Source: Vitrella brassicaformis CCMP3155 (lineage: Eukaryota > Protista > Chromerida). Taken from it: a stretch of 64,000 nt of DNA. Position 1 is the stretch's first letter. The number at the start of each line of letters is the position of its first letter. The notes beneath the pieces are model-generated. The model did no database searches. It worked only from the letters and a program-made list of their open reading frames with translations, and had not been told where the DNA came from. The position numbers and the translations under genes were made by a program. Location of the stretch: positions 9,444 to 73,443 of the forward strand of contig CDMY01000455.1 in the NCBI GenBank assembly GCA_001179505.1, written 5' to 3'. This document shows positions 50,803 through 63,314 of the stretch, piece by piece.

Positions 50803-52841
50803 TGACGCGACGACCTTTCTGACGTGGTTCGTTCGTCTGTGTGCGCTCATGTTGTGTGTCAGGTTTTCCTTGCCTTGCGCATGATGGGGGTCAATGTGCT
50901 GCTGCGATGAGGTGGGTGGGTGGGTGAGTGGGTGAGTGAGTGGATTCAAGAAGCCTGACTGGCTGTGGCTGTGCTGCGTGGTGTGTGGGGTGAGTGATGT
51001 GGCGCTGGCTGACCCGCCCGCCCATTTGATTTGATGTGCGTGGAGAGGGAGGGAGCGAGGATGTGGGTGGGAATTTTGTAAAACTAGTTGTGTGTGGATA
51101 TGGTGGATATGCGATTAACCAACTAGCCAAGCCATCTAGGGGGCTGGGGGGCGATGTGTGTGGATGGATCCTCTGTCTGTTATGGTATGTACTTGTGCTG
51201 CATGCCTTCACCAATGTGACGCCGAATGGGGGTGGGGTGGGAGGGGAGGTCTTCAGTGGTCCCCTGCTCACATGCACACAACCGCGAAATGGTTTCCTCT
51301 CTCTACCCACCCATCCATCCATCCACTGCTAGTCTAGTCTAGTCTCTTCCTGTCAGTGCCTCTGTGTGTGCGTGTGCGCGTGTCTGTGTGCGTGCGATGG
51401 TTTAAGCGGCGGCTGTTGTCAGTCATTGGGTGTTGCGTGAGCAAGCATGAGCATAAAAGGGATGAATGGGTGGGTGGGAAGGCGGCGGGTGTCTGTCTGT
51501 CTGTCATGGTGATGGTGGCGACGAGTGTCATCTCGGGCGGGTATTTCTTGAACTGACAGATAGATAACACTTCCTTCCGCTGCTGCACAGAGTGCATTCA
51601 TTTTCACCGTACATAGCTGTGAGTATTTTCATTCGCTGTCTTCCCGGCTGCCTTGGTTGCCTGCCTGCCTTGTACGTATTTGTCTGTCCGCCGTCCTGCG
51701 TGTGTGTCACGACGTGTGCTGCGCTGTGGTCTGGTGTGCTCGGGTGTCTTGCGCTGGACGTGGTGGCCAAGTTTGACGGTCACCTCGGTTTGTGTGCGTG
51801 TGTTGTGCGTGCGTGTGTGTGTCGATAGCCATGTGTGGGTGGGTGCTAGTGCTGGTGTTTCTAGTTGCTGCATACTGGCTTTTTCTGCGCACACGACACG
51901 TACATGCTGTAATTGCGTGAGCGTGTGTGTTGTGCGTTGTGCGTTGGGTGTCGGTGTGTGTGTGTGGTGTGTGGTGTAGGGTGGAAGGGGCAACGAAGCT
52001 CTGTAGAAAGACCTACTTAAGTGCGACTGGATCAAGTGTCCTCACCAACGAACGAACGAACGAAGCACCCACACACGCAAGTGGTGAATCCCCCATGCCG
52101 ATAGATACACACCCACAATCACACACACGCGCGCAGACAAACGCAAACGGTGGACAGGCGGGCATCTCTCTGTGTTTCTTAAGCAATGTGTGAGTGGATG
52201 AACGAATCAATCGGTCAGTTAGTTAACCAAGCAGCAAAAGGCAGAGAGGAGAGAGAGAGAGTGAGTGCTCGTCGGCCTTGCTATGCTGTGTCGTGGCGGC
52301 GTGTCGGTGTGATGATGCATAAGTCACCTGCCCCCTCTCTCCCTCGTCTCTCCCTCCCTCCCTCCCTCCCACCCTATCAGCTTTTGTGTCAGTTGCCTGT
52401 ACAATGCCTGCCTCCCGGTCTGCCTGGCTGGCTAGGTAGTTGCCCACTCATCTAGTCACCATCGCGCCAAACAGACCCCCCCCCTCACTATGGTTGGTAT
52501 CTACACGCCCACACAATCGTACGCGCAAGGAAAAACAGACAGACAGAGAGAGAGAGAGAGAGAGACGTATGTATTGACAACTATGGAGCAGGGTCCATCA
52601 CCACCGATAGATACCACTAGACACAACAACATTCGTCCATCCGCCCGCCACAAAACAAAACGAAACCACCCCAGCCACGTCACGTCTCCCCAGCACTGAC
52701 TGTCCGCAGCAGCTGCAGCTAGGACGGCAGCAAGGAAACAAGCGGCCACAATGCGATCGCGGGAGGCAGGTCTGTCTTATGTAGGCTTACCCACCCATCG
52801 AATCCCCCCCCACCCACCCACCCTGTCTGTCTGTGGCCAGA

Positions 52842-55800
52842 TCACTGCTCGTCCCAGCTATCGTCATCCGCCTCGTCCTCTACTGCAGCAGCCTCCATAC
52901 TAGCACGAGCTATGCCGCCCCCCACACCGACCCCCACGGCCCACGGTGCAGCCACATGGCCGATGACCACCGGCTCGCTCTGCCGCTTGGTCGGCCGACG
53001 CGGACACTGCACCAAAGCTGGGGCTGCCTTTTCGCCGCCCGCATTGGTGATACGCGCGGACGGCTTGGGCTTGGCCTTGGGCTTCCGCCCTCCCATGACC
53101 TTCACCCTCACCCTTGGCCCATCCCCGTCTTGATCTCCGTTGGTATCCATGCGGTAGAAGTTGTGGATCTCGTCGCCCCATACCGAGTGCAGGAGCCCCT
53201 CGAACGACAGCTGGGGCAGCCCCAGCTGGCGGATGATGCCGTTGCGGCTGCGGAGGGCCCTCCCGAGGGCGTCTATGAGGCCCGAGAAGGTCTGCCTGGA
53301 CACCATCTGGGAGCCGCCCTCGTACCGCTTCTTCTGGCACTCGAGCTCCACACGGAAGCGGCGGTACTTGCCGTCCCACTTGATGCCCAGCCCGCCCTTG
53401 GGCCCCACGCCGTTGCCATGGGCGCACACACCGTGGCTGCGGAGCCGCTGCAGCAGGGAGCGGGCGTTTGCCGTCAGGTCCTCATTCGACAGCTGCTCGT
53501 CTGGGTGGCAAGCTGTGCACATGGGTGGACAGACAGACGATAGATGGATGAATGGGTGGTCGGAGGACATCAGTCCGTGTGGCATGTCTGTCACTCACTC
53601 ACCGTATCGGAGGCAGAGTTCGTCGTCGATCTTTCTGGTGTTGAGTAGCTCCTCGCCGACCCGCACCGCCTCGAAGAACGCCTCCTTGACGCCCTCCTCG
53701 GTCATGGTATCGGCCTTGATGGTCCTCTGAACTTTCTTTTTCCCGACCATGACGAGCACGTTGAAGCTGTCGTCGCTCTCGCGCCACTTGATCGTCGGCT
53801 TGTCGGGCTGCTGCAGGGACATCTGAGCCGCCAGCGCCTTCGCCAGGTTGGTTGCGCGCTTGGCCACCTCCATCTCCCCTGCAAGACGATACAATACACA
53901 TAAGTGGATGTGTAGGTATGTACCCTCTCGCTTACCGAGCGCTTCCTCATCGATGTCTTGCTCGCTATCCTTGCCGCGACAGGGCCCATGACCGCCCATG
54001 TGTCCGTCGCGGCCGCCCTTGACGGGTCCGCCCCTCCCCATGCCCATGCCGCCTATGCCGCCCCCCGTCCATCCCACCTGGCCAGCTCCCATCCCGTGGT
54101 GATGTGAAGGATTGGGATGCTCGTCGACATGCTTCGCATCGACAGCGCCCTTCGCCACAGTGCCCTTCGTCATGAACGGGGGCAGCGGCGGCAGCCAAAC
54201 GCCCCTCCCGGCGCTCTTGGGCTTGGCGCACCCACCACGCCCAGCAGCGATGCCGGCGCCCCTCCCACGCCCTCCGGCACCCAAGCCAATGGCCATGCCC
54301 ATGCCCATGCCCATACCCATGGCGACGGGCGCAATGGGGAAGGGCGGCATGAAGGGTGGCCACCCAAACCGGTGCGGCAGCCCGCCACTGCTGCTGTTGG
54401 GGGGAGCTGGTGCTGGTGCTGCTGCTGGTGGTGGTGCTGCTGCTGGTGGTGCTGGTGGTGCTGGTACTGATTCGGCGCTCGGATCCTTCTTGGCGACGAC
54501 CGACTTGACGGGGGGGCCCCGCAGCTGCGGAGAGGGCTGCAGGGGTAGGGCTGTCGATTTCTTGGTCTTCTTGGCGCTGCGGGTCTCCATCTGCGACGGC
54601 CGCTTCTTGCTGGTTTCTTGGCGTCTGGTGGGCGGGCTGGGCGGGGAGGGGCCCAGGGAAGGGTCCTTGGCCAGCGACGCGAGGAAAGCCGCGAAGCACT
54701 CGGCCGGCTCATCTTTGCCGTCTGGAGCGGCGTTCTGACCCTCCTCCTCCTCCTGATGGTGCTCTGGTCCTGCCGATGACTGCTGCTGCTGCTGCTGGTG
54801 GCCGGCCGCGAGCATCGGGATGTCGTCAAGGTCGGGCAACGGCACGTCTAGGGCATTGGCGTTCATGGGGTCGCGGTAGCTGTAAGAGGGCTCGGGAGAA
54901 CTCTCGCCGTACGGTAGCGGGACGGCCGCCATCTTCAAATATATATGATTGGCCATCTTCTCGACCAGACTCGTGTCGGCCAAGTCTGATCGGTCGGCCG
55001 GCTTGGATGGTGCCGCCTGCTGCTTCGGGTCAGAGCTCTCGGGGCTGCTCACATCGCCGCTGCCGTCCGCCTCCGTCTCCATCTCGCTCACACGACCGTT
55101 GGCACCACTCTCGGAAGCGACACCGCCCGGGGCAGCAGCAGGCGGGTCAACATGCGATGATAGGTTTGGGGCGGGACTGGGGTTGTGGGGTGGGTAGAAG
55201 GGGGGCAGCAGGCTGGCAGCGTTGGCGACCTCCTGCGATTGGGCGTCCTTGTACGCCTCGCCGAGGCAACGATCCATCTCCTGGCCCTCCCGACTCGGAC
55301 ACTCGACGTCACGGCCGTGCCGCTCCTCCGGCTGGTGATGCTCCATCCCCCCACCAATGCCTCCTCCGTCCATCCCACCGCCGCCCCTCTTGGCCTGGGG
55401 CGAGGGCAGAGCGCTGTCCATCGTGTACATGGGCGGCAGACGGAATGGGGACGGCCCCATTGGCTCGATGGGCGACCATGGGAAGTAGCCGTTGTGTCCG
55501 AGGAGGGAGGAGGGATCGTCCAGTGGGTGGTTGTGGTGGTGGTGGTGGTTGGGGCTGGGGTAGGCGTAGTCTGGCACACGCAGGGTGGCCGTGGGCAAGC
55601 CGTAAGCGCGGTTCGCTTCCTCGCCCGGCGGGCCCTTCGATGGCGACTCAAAGAACGCATCCCCATCACCACCTGTCAACACAACACAGCACAGCCACAC
55701 ACATGGCACGGACGTCACGTCCATGTGTGTGCCGCCACCTCTCTGTATGTGTGTGTATGGGTACCTGTGCCATGGTTGGCCTGTCCGCTATGAGCCACCT

Positions 55801-56561
55801 CAGCCACCGAGTCGAAAACAGCCGAGTGCGCGCGTGCGTGGCGGTCGGGTGACTTGGCGCCGTATGGTGAGTTGCTGGCTGGCGGCAGAAAGGGGGAGGG
55901 GTCGGACGGGGGGAAGAACGGGGGCAACGAAATACTCAGGGGGTCTGGGGGGAGACAGACGACAAACCGACCGAGGAACCACAGACAGAGATGGATGTAT
56001 GTGCGTATGATGGGGTCGGTGGGTGGACGGTACAGTACCTGATGATGTGTGCATGCAGCTCTGTATGTCCGAGAAGATGGCAGAGGTGCCGCCGATGCTC
56101 GTGAAGGACACACACTCGGTCTCATCCCTCTTGCTAACAACACAACCTGCAAACAGACACACCACAAGCATCAAACATGCCCACGACAGTGCAACACACT
56201 CGCCAAACAAATACCCGTGCATTCCCCTGAGTCCTTCCCTCGGCCCGCCCTCCCCACCTGCAGCGACGCTGCCTCCGCTCCGGTGATGCAGATAGGTCGT
56301 ATATCCACGCTTGACTATGTGCGACAACGGGTGCGGGTACGGGTGTGCCTCCGCATTCATCAGCATGGGGTATTCCATGGCGCCGTGGCTCTCCATCAGC
56401 CCGACGCTCCTGCCGCCTCGGCGCCCACAACAATTCTGTATCGACATGGGATGGGACGGAAAAGACAAGATGGACGCGCTGCAGCTACGGCGGGCAATGG
56501 GCGCTGAGAGTGGCCTCAACGAAGCCTCTTCTCCTCTTCTCATCTTCAACAACTCGCCCAT
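52842..56561 (-). CDS. Large low-complexity protein with two divergent AP2-like domains (ApiAP2-type transcription factor candidate)
   Basis: 709-aa Pro/Gly-rich ORF, then TIKWRESDDSFNVLVMVGKKKVQRTIK...AFFEAVRV and GIKWDGKYRRFRVELECQKKRY...LIDALGRALRSRN. Both have the three-strand-plus-helix AP2 pattern. Start codon uncertain (56561 or about 56395). Confidence 0.6.
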
Positions 56562-56807
56562 GGCAACTCGCGATCTGAGCTCGCAGCTCCCTTGAAACCC
56601 CTTCTGTCTGCGGATGCGCCTGCGGCTGCATCGCTGTACATTGAGAAGAGCTCAGTTGGCATCTGTGGCCCAGCGTTTCTGCAGTCTTCGACGAGTCGCA
56701 TCTGTTCAACAGTCAACGATGCGCTGCACGGCGGCCTCGGCGGGTGGGAAGCGCAGAACAGCCCAACGACACGGGCGATTGCTGTCAAGAAGGTGCGGCG
56801 AGATCTC

Positions 56808-58722
56808 ATGGCTGGCAAGGTGAGAGAGAGGACAAAACACACACATTGTCACTTGGGTAGCAGCTGCGTGATGGCTGTGGGTGTCAGGCAAGTGAGCCGT
56901 GTGCAGCTGCTCCAGGGAGCGCCAAGAAGGCGTCCAAAGAGAGGCCGAAGCCGGCAGCCACCGAGTCACCACCATCAGCACCCTCTGTCAACGGGGTACG
57001 ATCCGCACACACCATACGAGCGAACTACTGCATGTCTGTCTGTCTGTCTGTTTGCAGGCGGCGTGTGCCGACGGTGAAGGATGTTCGACCAGGGCGGTGA
57101 TCGGTTCGGATGTGCCGTGGCCTGCCCCAGTGCCCTCGACCCTTTCTCTCGACGAGCGCTTCGCACTCTGCCGGTCCGTCGGCGCCGAATGCATTCAGGA
57201 AGACGTAAGCCAGCACACAGCACAGCACAGCACAGATTACATGGCTGGCACACAAATATCTTAAAGCTATCCATCGTGTGTGTGTTCAGGAGTTGCGGGC
57301 GTTGTTAGAGAGGAAGGCTCACCCGATTTGCTATGACGGGTTTGAGCCGTCGGGTAATACATATCGCCCAGTGGATCCCCAAGGCCATCAATGTCAACAA
57401 ACTCACCAAGTGCGGCTGTGTGTTTGTATTCTGGGTGGCCGACTGGTTCGCTATGCTCAACAACAAACTCGGCGGTGACATCAACAAGGTCAACCAACAA
57501 TGAGTGCGAGATCGATGGCATACCTGTGTATATGTGTCTGTGTGTGTGTGTGTGATGGTCAGATTCGCAAGACGGGCGAGTACTTTATTGAGGTGTGGAA
57601 GGCCGCCGGCATGGACATGAGCAACGTCAGGTCAGACAGACAGCAAAGAGGGAGCGAGCCGTGTGTGTGACTGTGCCCCCTGGCGGCTTGCAGGTTTCTG
57701 TGGGCGTCAGATGAGATCAACAAGAACTCCAATCAGTACTGGATGCGCGTAGTGGACATCGCCAGGAAATTCAACATCACACGGTCACCTCCACAAACCG
57801 CCGCACACACCACATGACATGTCGGAAGTGGACTGTCTGTGTGTATCTGTGTGTGTGCAGGATCAAGCGCTGCGGTCAGATCATGGGCCGCGGCGAGGGC
57901 GACGACCAGCCGTCCGCACAAATCATGTACCCATGCATGCAGGTACACTCTCACTCTCCCACGCACACACATGCCCACGTATGCCCACCATCCCTCCTCG
58001 CCTGTCTGTCTGTGTGTTTGTCAGTGTTCGGGCATCTTTGAGCTGAAGACGGAGATATGTCAGCTGGGCCTCGACCAGCGCAAGGTCAACATGCTGGCAA
58101 GAGAGTACTGCGACGGGCTCAGGATGAAACACAAACCCATCATACTCTCACACGGCATGCTGCCAGGTCCGTCTACCACTCACTTAGCCGCCTCATGCGG
58201 TCTGCCGCATCGCACCCCTCGTGTGTTGCCGTGTGTGTGTGTATAGGGTTGCTGGAGGGCCAGGAGAAGATGTCCAAGTCTGATCCCGACTCGGCCATCT
58301 TCATGGAGGACCTGTCGGCCGACGTCAACAGGAAGATCAAAAAGGCCTTCTGCCCACCACAGGTACGATGGACACTCGGCACCTGCGTCTGTGGATGGAT
58401 GGATGTGTGTGTGTGTAGGTGTTGGAGGGCAACCCGTGCATGTCGTACATCGAGCACATGGTCTTCCCCATGTACGGCGAGTTCCGCGTCGACCGTCGCG
58501 ACCAGGACGGCGTCTTTCGCACAGTGCTCCGAAGACTACCTGGTGACACCAGCAGGACCATGACCATGAAGGACCACGCGGACCAGAAGTCAGCGGCGCG
58601 CCACCACGGGTGCTCGCACCACGGCCAGCAGCAGCCGTGGATGGTGAGCTCGTCGACCACGAAAAGGAGAGACGGAAAGGAGAGACGATTGAGAACAACA
58701 AAATTGACGCCAGCAGATCCAT
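56808..58722 (+). pseudogene. Tyrosyl-tRNA synthetase (eukaryote cytosolic/archaeal type), frameshifted and C-terminally eroded
   Basis: CYDGFEPSG, (I)HIAQ..KAINVNKLTKCGCVFVFWVADWFA, YPCMQ, QLGLDQRKVNMLAREYCD, KMSKSDPDSAIFMED and KKAFCPP identify TyrRS. There is a frame break at 57356 and the end of the anticodon domain is degenerate. Confidence 0.8.
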
Positions 58723-59027
58723 AAAGGCGCGATTCTATCGTTGTCGGTTTTGCCATTGGCCATGTGTGAATGACTGACTGAATGAATAAATGACTTACGG
58801 AGCGCAGCTGGGGGCAGGCAGGAAAAGCTTTATGCGCTTTGTGGCTTTGTATCGTGAATGTTCGGGTCCATTCAGCGGTTCAGCAGATTGGACATGCCCT
58901 TTTTTCTACCCCGACGACCACGATGTGTGTTGATGCATCCATGACGTCTAGCCCATGCGTCTCATTAACACTGTGTGTCCATTTGCGAGAATGAAAGTCC
59001 ACGAATGAAAGAGTCCCTCTCTCTCGT

Positions 59028-60737
59028 TCACAAAAACGGTGACAAATGTAAAATGTAGGCAGAGATGAGCCATGAATGACAAGGCACAGAGGTCCTCACG
59101 CCGCCATTCACGCCAGACCCATCACGCGTGGGCTCCCACCATCGGCGGGGGACAGTGGGATGACTGTTGCTCCCCTCTGGGGCAGCTGGGGCATCTATAC
59201 TGCTCTGGTTGGTCGCCACGCCCAAGTCGACAGGTCCGAACTTGCAAGCCAGCCGCTCCATGTCTACGTCACGACTATCCTGCACACACACGCACACACA
59301 TACAAACGCATTGATTGAGAAACCAGTTGATGTGATGTGATGTGATGTATGTGTATTGTGTCGTCCGCACCCGTATCTGTCTGGCGCATCTGAAGGGCCG
59401 GTGCAGATCGCCGTTCTCTGCGTCCTTTGACCGACCATCGTCGCTCACGTCAGAACCGTCAAAATACGCCTGCATGCATCCAATCACACACACCACACAC
59501 ACAAAGAAGAGGGAAATGAGTCTCCAGTGTGGGCTCTTTTTCATTCTGTCTGTCTGTCTGTCTGTTGGTTACCCGTCGTCCGTGCGTCATGCCAGGGCGC
59601 CAGAAGGGAGGCTCCGATGCACCCGCACTCGCTGCTGCTGCTGCTGCTGCCACCGCCGCTACCGGCGGCTCCTCATCCACCTTGTCCCTGCCGAACTCGG
59701 GCGTGCCAATGTGAGCGAACACGCTGTCGGTGACTGAGGCAACCACACACAAGAGGCACACAGAATATGCATCCCCCTCTGTCTGTCTGTCTGTCTGTCT
59801 GTCTGTGTGTGTCGGTCAATCAGTCGCCCACATACCATCGGTTGTGTGTCGTGATTGTTTGCGTCGAGCATCCTCGTCATCTGTCGGACCGTCCGGCATC
59901 GCCCTCTTGTCTTGCGCACTCAACCCGCCCTGGTCAGCCCACAACCCCGAGAACAAACCCAAGCTATGGCCGCGACGACCGGACCGCTTTACGGCCAGCG
60001 GATCGAGCGACAACACACCAGCACCACCACCATTGCCGCCCATGCCCATACCCACAGCCGTACCGACACCGTTGGGGATGACCTCTGCCGCAGCGGCATA
60101 CGCAGGCCGGTGGTAGCGGATCCCTGACGACCGACCTGACGTCAATGACGAGCTATAGCTGTATCAGGTTCAAGACACAACGATGGACAACGATAAATTC
60201 GTTAACCAATGGATTGAATCTGTCTGTTTTGCTATTCTCCGTCGTCGAAGCAAGCGATCGCTCTTCTGAAAGGCAGCAGACAAGGACACCGACGTGGGTT
60301 GTCTGGTGTGTGCAGACCAGACTAAGTGAGGTACTTGCCAACCTTCAGATAAATGCGTCGAGAAAAGGAGACGGGAACAAAAGAAGAAATCACCATTTCA
60401 TCTGCACGCACAGACATGACAGAGGGAGGCATGTGAGCACACCCATTGCAGCGAAAATGCACCATGCATTTGGCCCTATACATCAGCCATGCACCACACC
60501 ATCACCACAGCCAAGACAGACGCACGAGGCCACACATGTACTCACCTGATGCGGTTGGTTTATGCGAGAAGAAGGTGCGTGCGCACTCTGCAGGCGCCAG
60601 ACAATCTCCGACCGATCCGCACAAGGCAGGGCATCACCAGGCGGGGCCTCGCCCGGGGCACGGCGGTGGAGGTATAAGTGGGGGATGGCCTCCGGACGAG
60701 TTGGGAGGGGGAGAGGGCGACGAGGCGGACAATACAA
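59028..60737 (-). CDS. Hypothetical multi-exon low-complexity protein
   Basis: Coding-like exons bounded by GT-AG (VTDSVFAHIGTPEFGRDK, AYFDGSDVSDDG, DSRDVDMERLACKF). The 5' end is uncertain. Confidence 0.4.
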
Positions 60738-61160
60738 GCCTAGAACCAGCCAAAAAGAGAAACAACTGAAGGGTCCGTGGCTGAAATAAGGCTGAGAAGC
60801 AAAACGCGGACGAAAAATGTGAAAAAACTAATGCGAGCTCGTAAATCAGGGTTTGCGGGGTTTCAGTCTCTTCGCGCGGAGATCTCGCCGCGCCTTTCTG
60901 CGGACAACAGGAGGCCATACAAGGGGAATAAAGGTAGACAGGATGCTTGCTGCCGCAGAATCGGCGCAGATGAGGGCAGATTCCCTGAAATCCGCTCACT
61001 TTTGATGAGACGTCACTTTTTGCTCGTGGGGGTGCTCAAACAGGCCTCAACTAGACCTTCAGGCCATCCTCCCTAGGCCAGTGTCCTGACAACAAGACGA
61101 CACACACAGCGGTTTTGATGTCTCCGTATGTGCGTCTATTTATCTGCTCATATTCTGACC

Positions 61161-63314
61161 TCAGACGGCGGCGCGCCAGAGGCGCCGGGAGAGACACCGC
61201 CGCACCTGAAATGGAGACGAGAGAGACACAGAGGGAGGAGGGCCGGTGTGACGATGGGTGGATGGTGTGGTGTTGTCGACATTTCTCGCCTGGCCACAGT
61301 GGCCAGTGTGTGGGGGGTGGCATGGGGATGGGGATGGGGGGACGCGGAAGCTGCAGACACGCAGACGCAAGACCACACCACACCACATAAGGGACGCTTC
61401 TTTCTGGTCGCTCTTCCTCAATACACATTTTGGAGACACAAGACTGCACGCGCATACAGCTGCTCCGCGCCAAGACAGAAGAGGGACTCTGAGGGAGAGC
61501 GCAGATGTTGACGAATATAAAACGTAGGCAGCGGTGCATCTGCTGGAGACACAAGGCACCACACCAGCAACCAATTCTTGCTCTCTGTATCTCTCTGTGA
61601 TCACGTGCGTGTCTATACTTCTGCCCATACCGTCCCGCTGACGCTTCCCTAAGCAGCGCCCCGCGTCTGTGCGGCTGTGAGTGTGCCGAGGGGGCATCGC
61701 GTGCTCTCCAAACAACAGGCCCTGAGCGGGCTATAGAACAACAGAACAACACAGCCACGGACATCCACCTCTTCTGTGACTGACGTGAATGAATGTGCTC
61801 ACCTTCTTGGGCCGAACCGGGGGCTTTTCTCGCTGGGCTGGTTGAGCGCCTCCTCCACATACGCAACAACCTGAGCACGACATGCAAGTGCCGGTGGATG
61901 CTGCTGTACGTGTGTGCATTTGACGTTGGTCTGACCTCTTTGTCGGTCCCCTCCTGAGCTGCAGTCTCGCGCAGCTGAGGCCCGACACGCACTTCCCCGT
62001 CCGCCTGCACACATACACACATAAGTGCACTCATGCACCACACCCGGAACGACAAGGCAGCCAATCTGGCTCTGGGTCGTAAGACTGCACCCAAACCGCC
62101 CCCGTCCTCCCCGATCACAAGGAGAGGTGTTTTCTTGAACTTGGGCGCGGTGGTAGCAGACTGTCAATCAACCGCCCTTATCCACGCATTCATCCACCCA
62201 CTCACCCACCACACCCCACTACCCGCTGTCTTTCTCATCGAGTTCAGCTTCTGTCAGGCGCCGCTCGAAAGGGCCGCGGATGCGCATCTTCGATTTGAGG
62301 CCAGTAAGGGGCGCTCGGATCGTTGGCTCAGAGCAGGAGCTGGACGAACGGAATAGACAAGAGGCTACCATGAGTGCCAGCCGCTGACTGTCGTCACGTC
62401 TGTCTATCCATTATCTACCGCTGGCTTTAGCCTCCTTGGATCTCACATTGAGACGCATCCCCTGACCGGTGGGCTGCCACGCCGCTGAAGAGATGCCGGA
62501 CCCCTGCAGACACAAGACACAGTGGCAGGTCGCTGTTCGGTGTCTCCCTGCCCTTTGGTGAGCTGCCTGCCCTGACCTGAGGGGGGGCGGCAGGCTGCTC
62601 GGCGTCATCATGGCGTGACCTGAATGGAAGCAGGCAAGGAGGGAGACGTGCGTGTGCGTGATTGGCTGCTTTCTTGGTTTCTTACGGCTGGCTGCAGTAG
62701 GCACCGATGAAGTGCTCGACTGAGAGATAAGGCAAGGAAAGACAATGATGGATGAATGGATGGATGGACACAGGGATGACTGCCTGCCTGCGGCGTCTCC
62801 CTCCCTCCCCTCAGTGTTCCACTCACCGACGACCCGCCGCTGTTGCTCGTGGGCTGAGGGGCGCCTGAAGAAAGAAAGGAAAACGATTGTTGGACGTATA
62901 TCTGAATGATCCTTTGTTTGTTTGCATTACTTTGGGTAGATGCCGGTGAGTCGATCGCCTCCTCCCGGCCAGAGAATGGTCCAGACACGTCGATCACGTT
63001 GGCGACAGTCCGAAGACATAGAAGGCATAGAGGTGACGCGCGTATGTGTGGGTCTGTGGATGGCGTGTGCCCATGGCTGACATCATTGGATGCCCATACG
63101 CCCTCAGCGAAGAGCCGAGGGGCCTCGCGTGCTTCCAAAAGGACAGGCCCTGAGCAGGCTGTAGTGAGGTGCGCATCAGGACCCGCCTGAAGAGAGGAGC
63201 AACACTCATGACATGGCTCGTACTGGTGGGCACTGTGTGGCTCTCTTTCCCGACCTGCACGTCAGACTGTCGACGTCGCCCTGGAGACCTTTGGCGGCGT
63301 TCCTGGCCACTCAT
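61161..63314 (-). CDS. Hypothetical multi-exon gene(s)
   Basis: Short coding-like exons with splice sites (MSGQERRQRSPGRRRQSDVQ, SPLCLLCLRTV, MRIRGPFERRLTEAELDEK, VVAYVEEALNQ). Gene number and boundaries unresolved. Confidence 0.3.

Noticed and set aside
57354-57371. 18-nt GT...AG micro-intron explaining the TyrRS frameshift
   Set aside because: Removing it deletes HIAQ and does not restore the frame.
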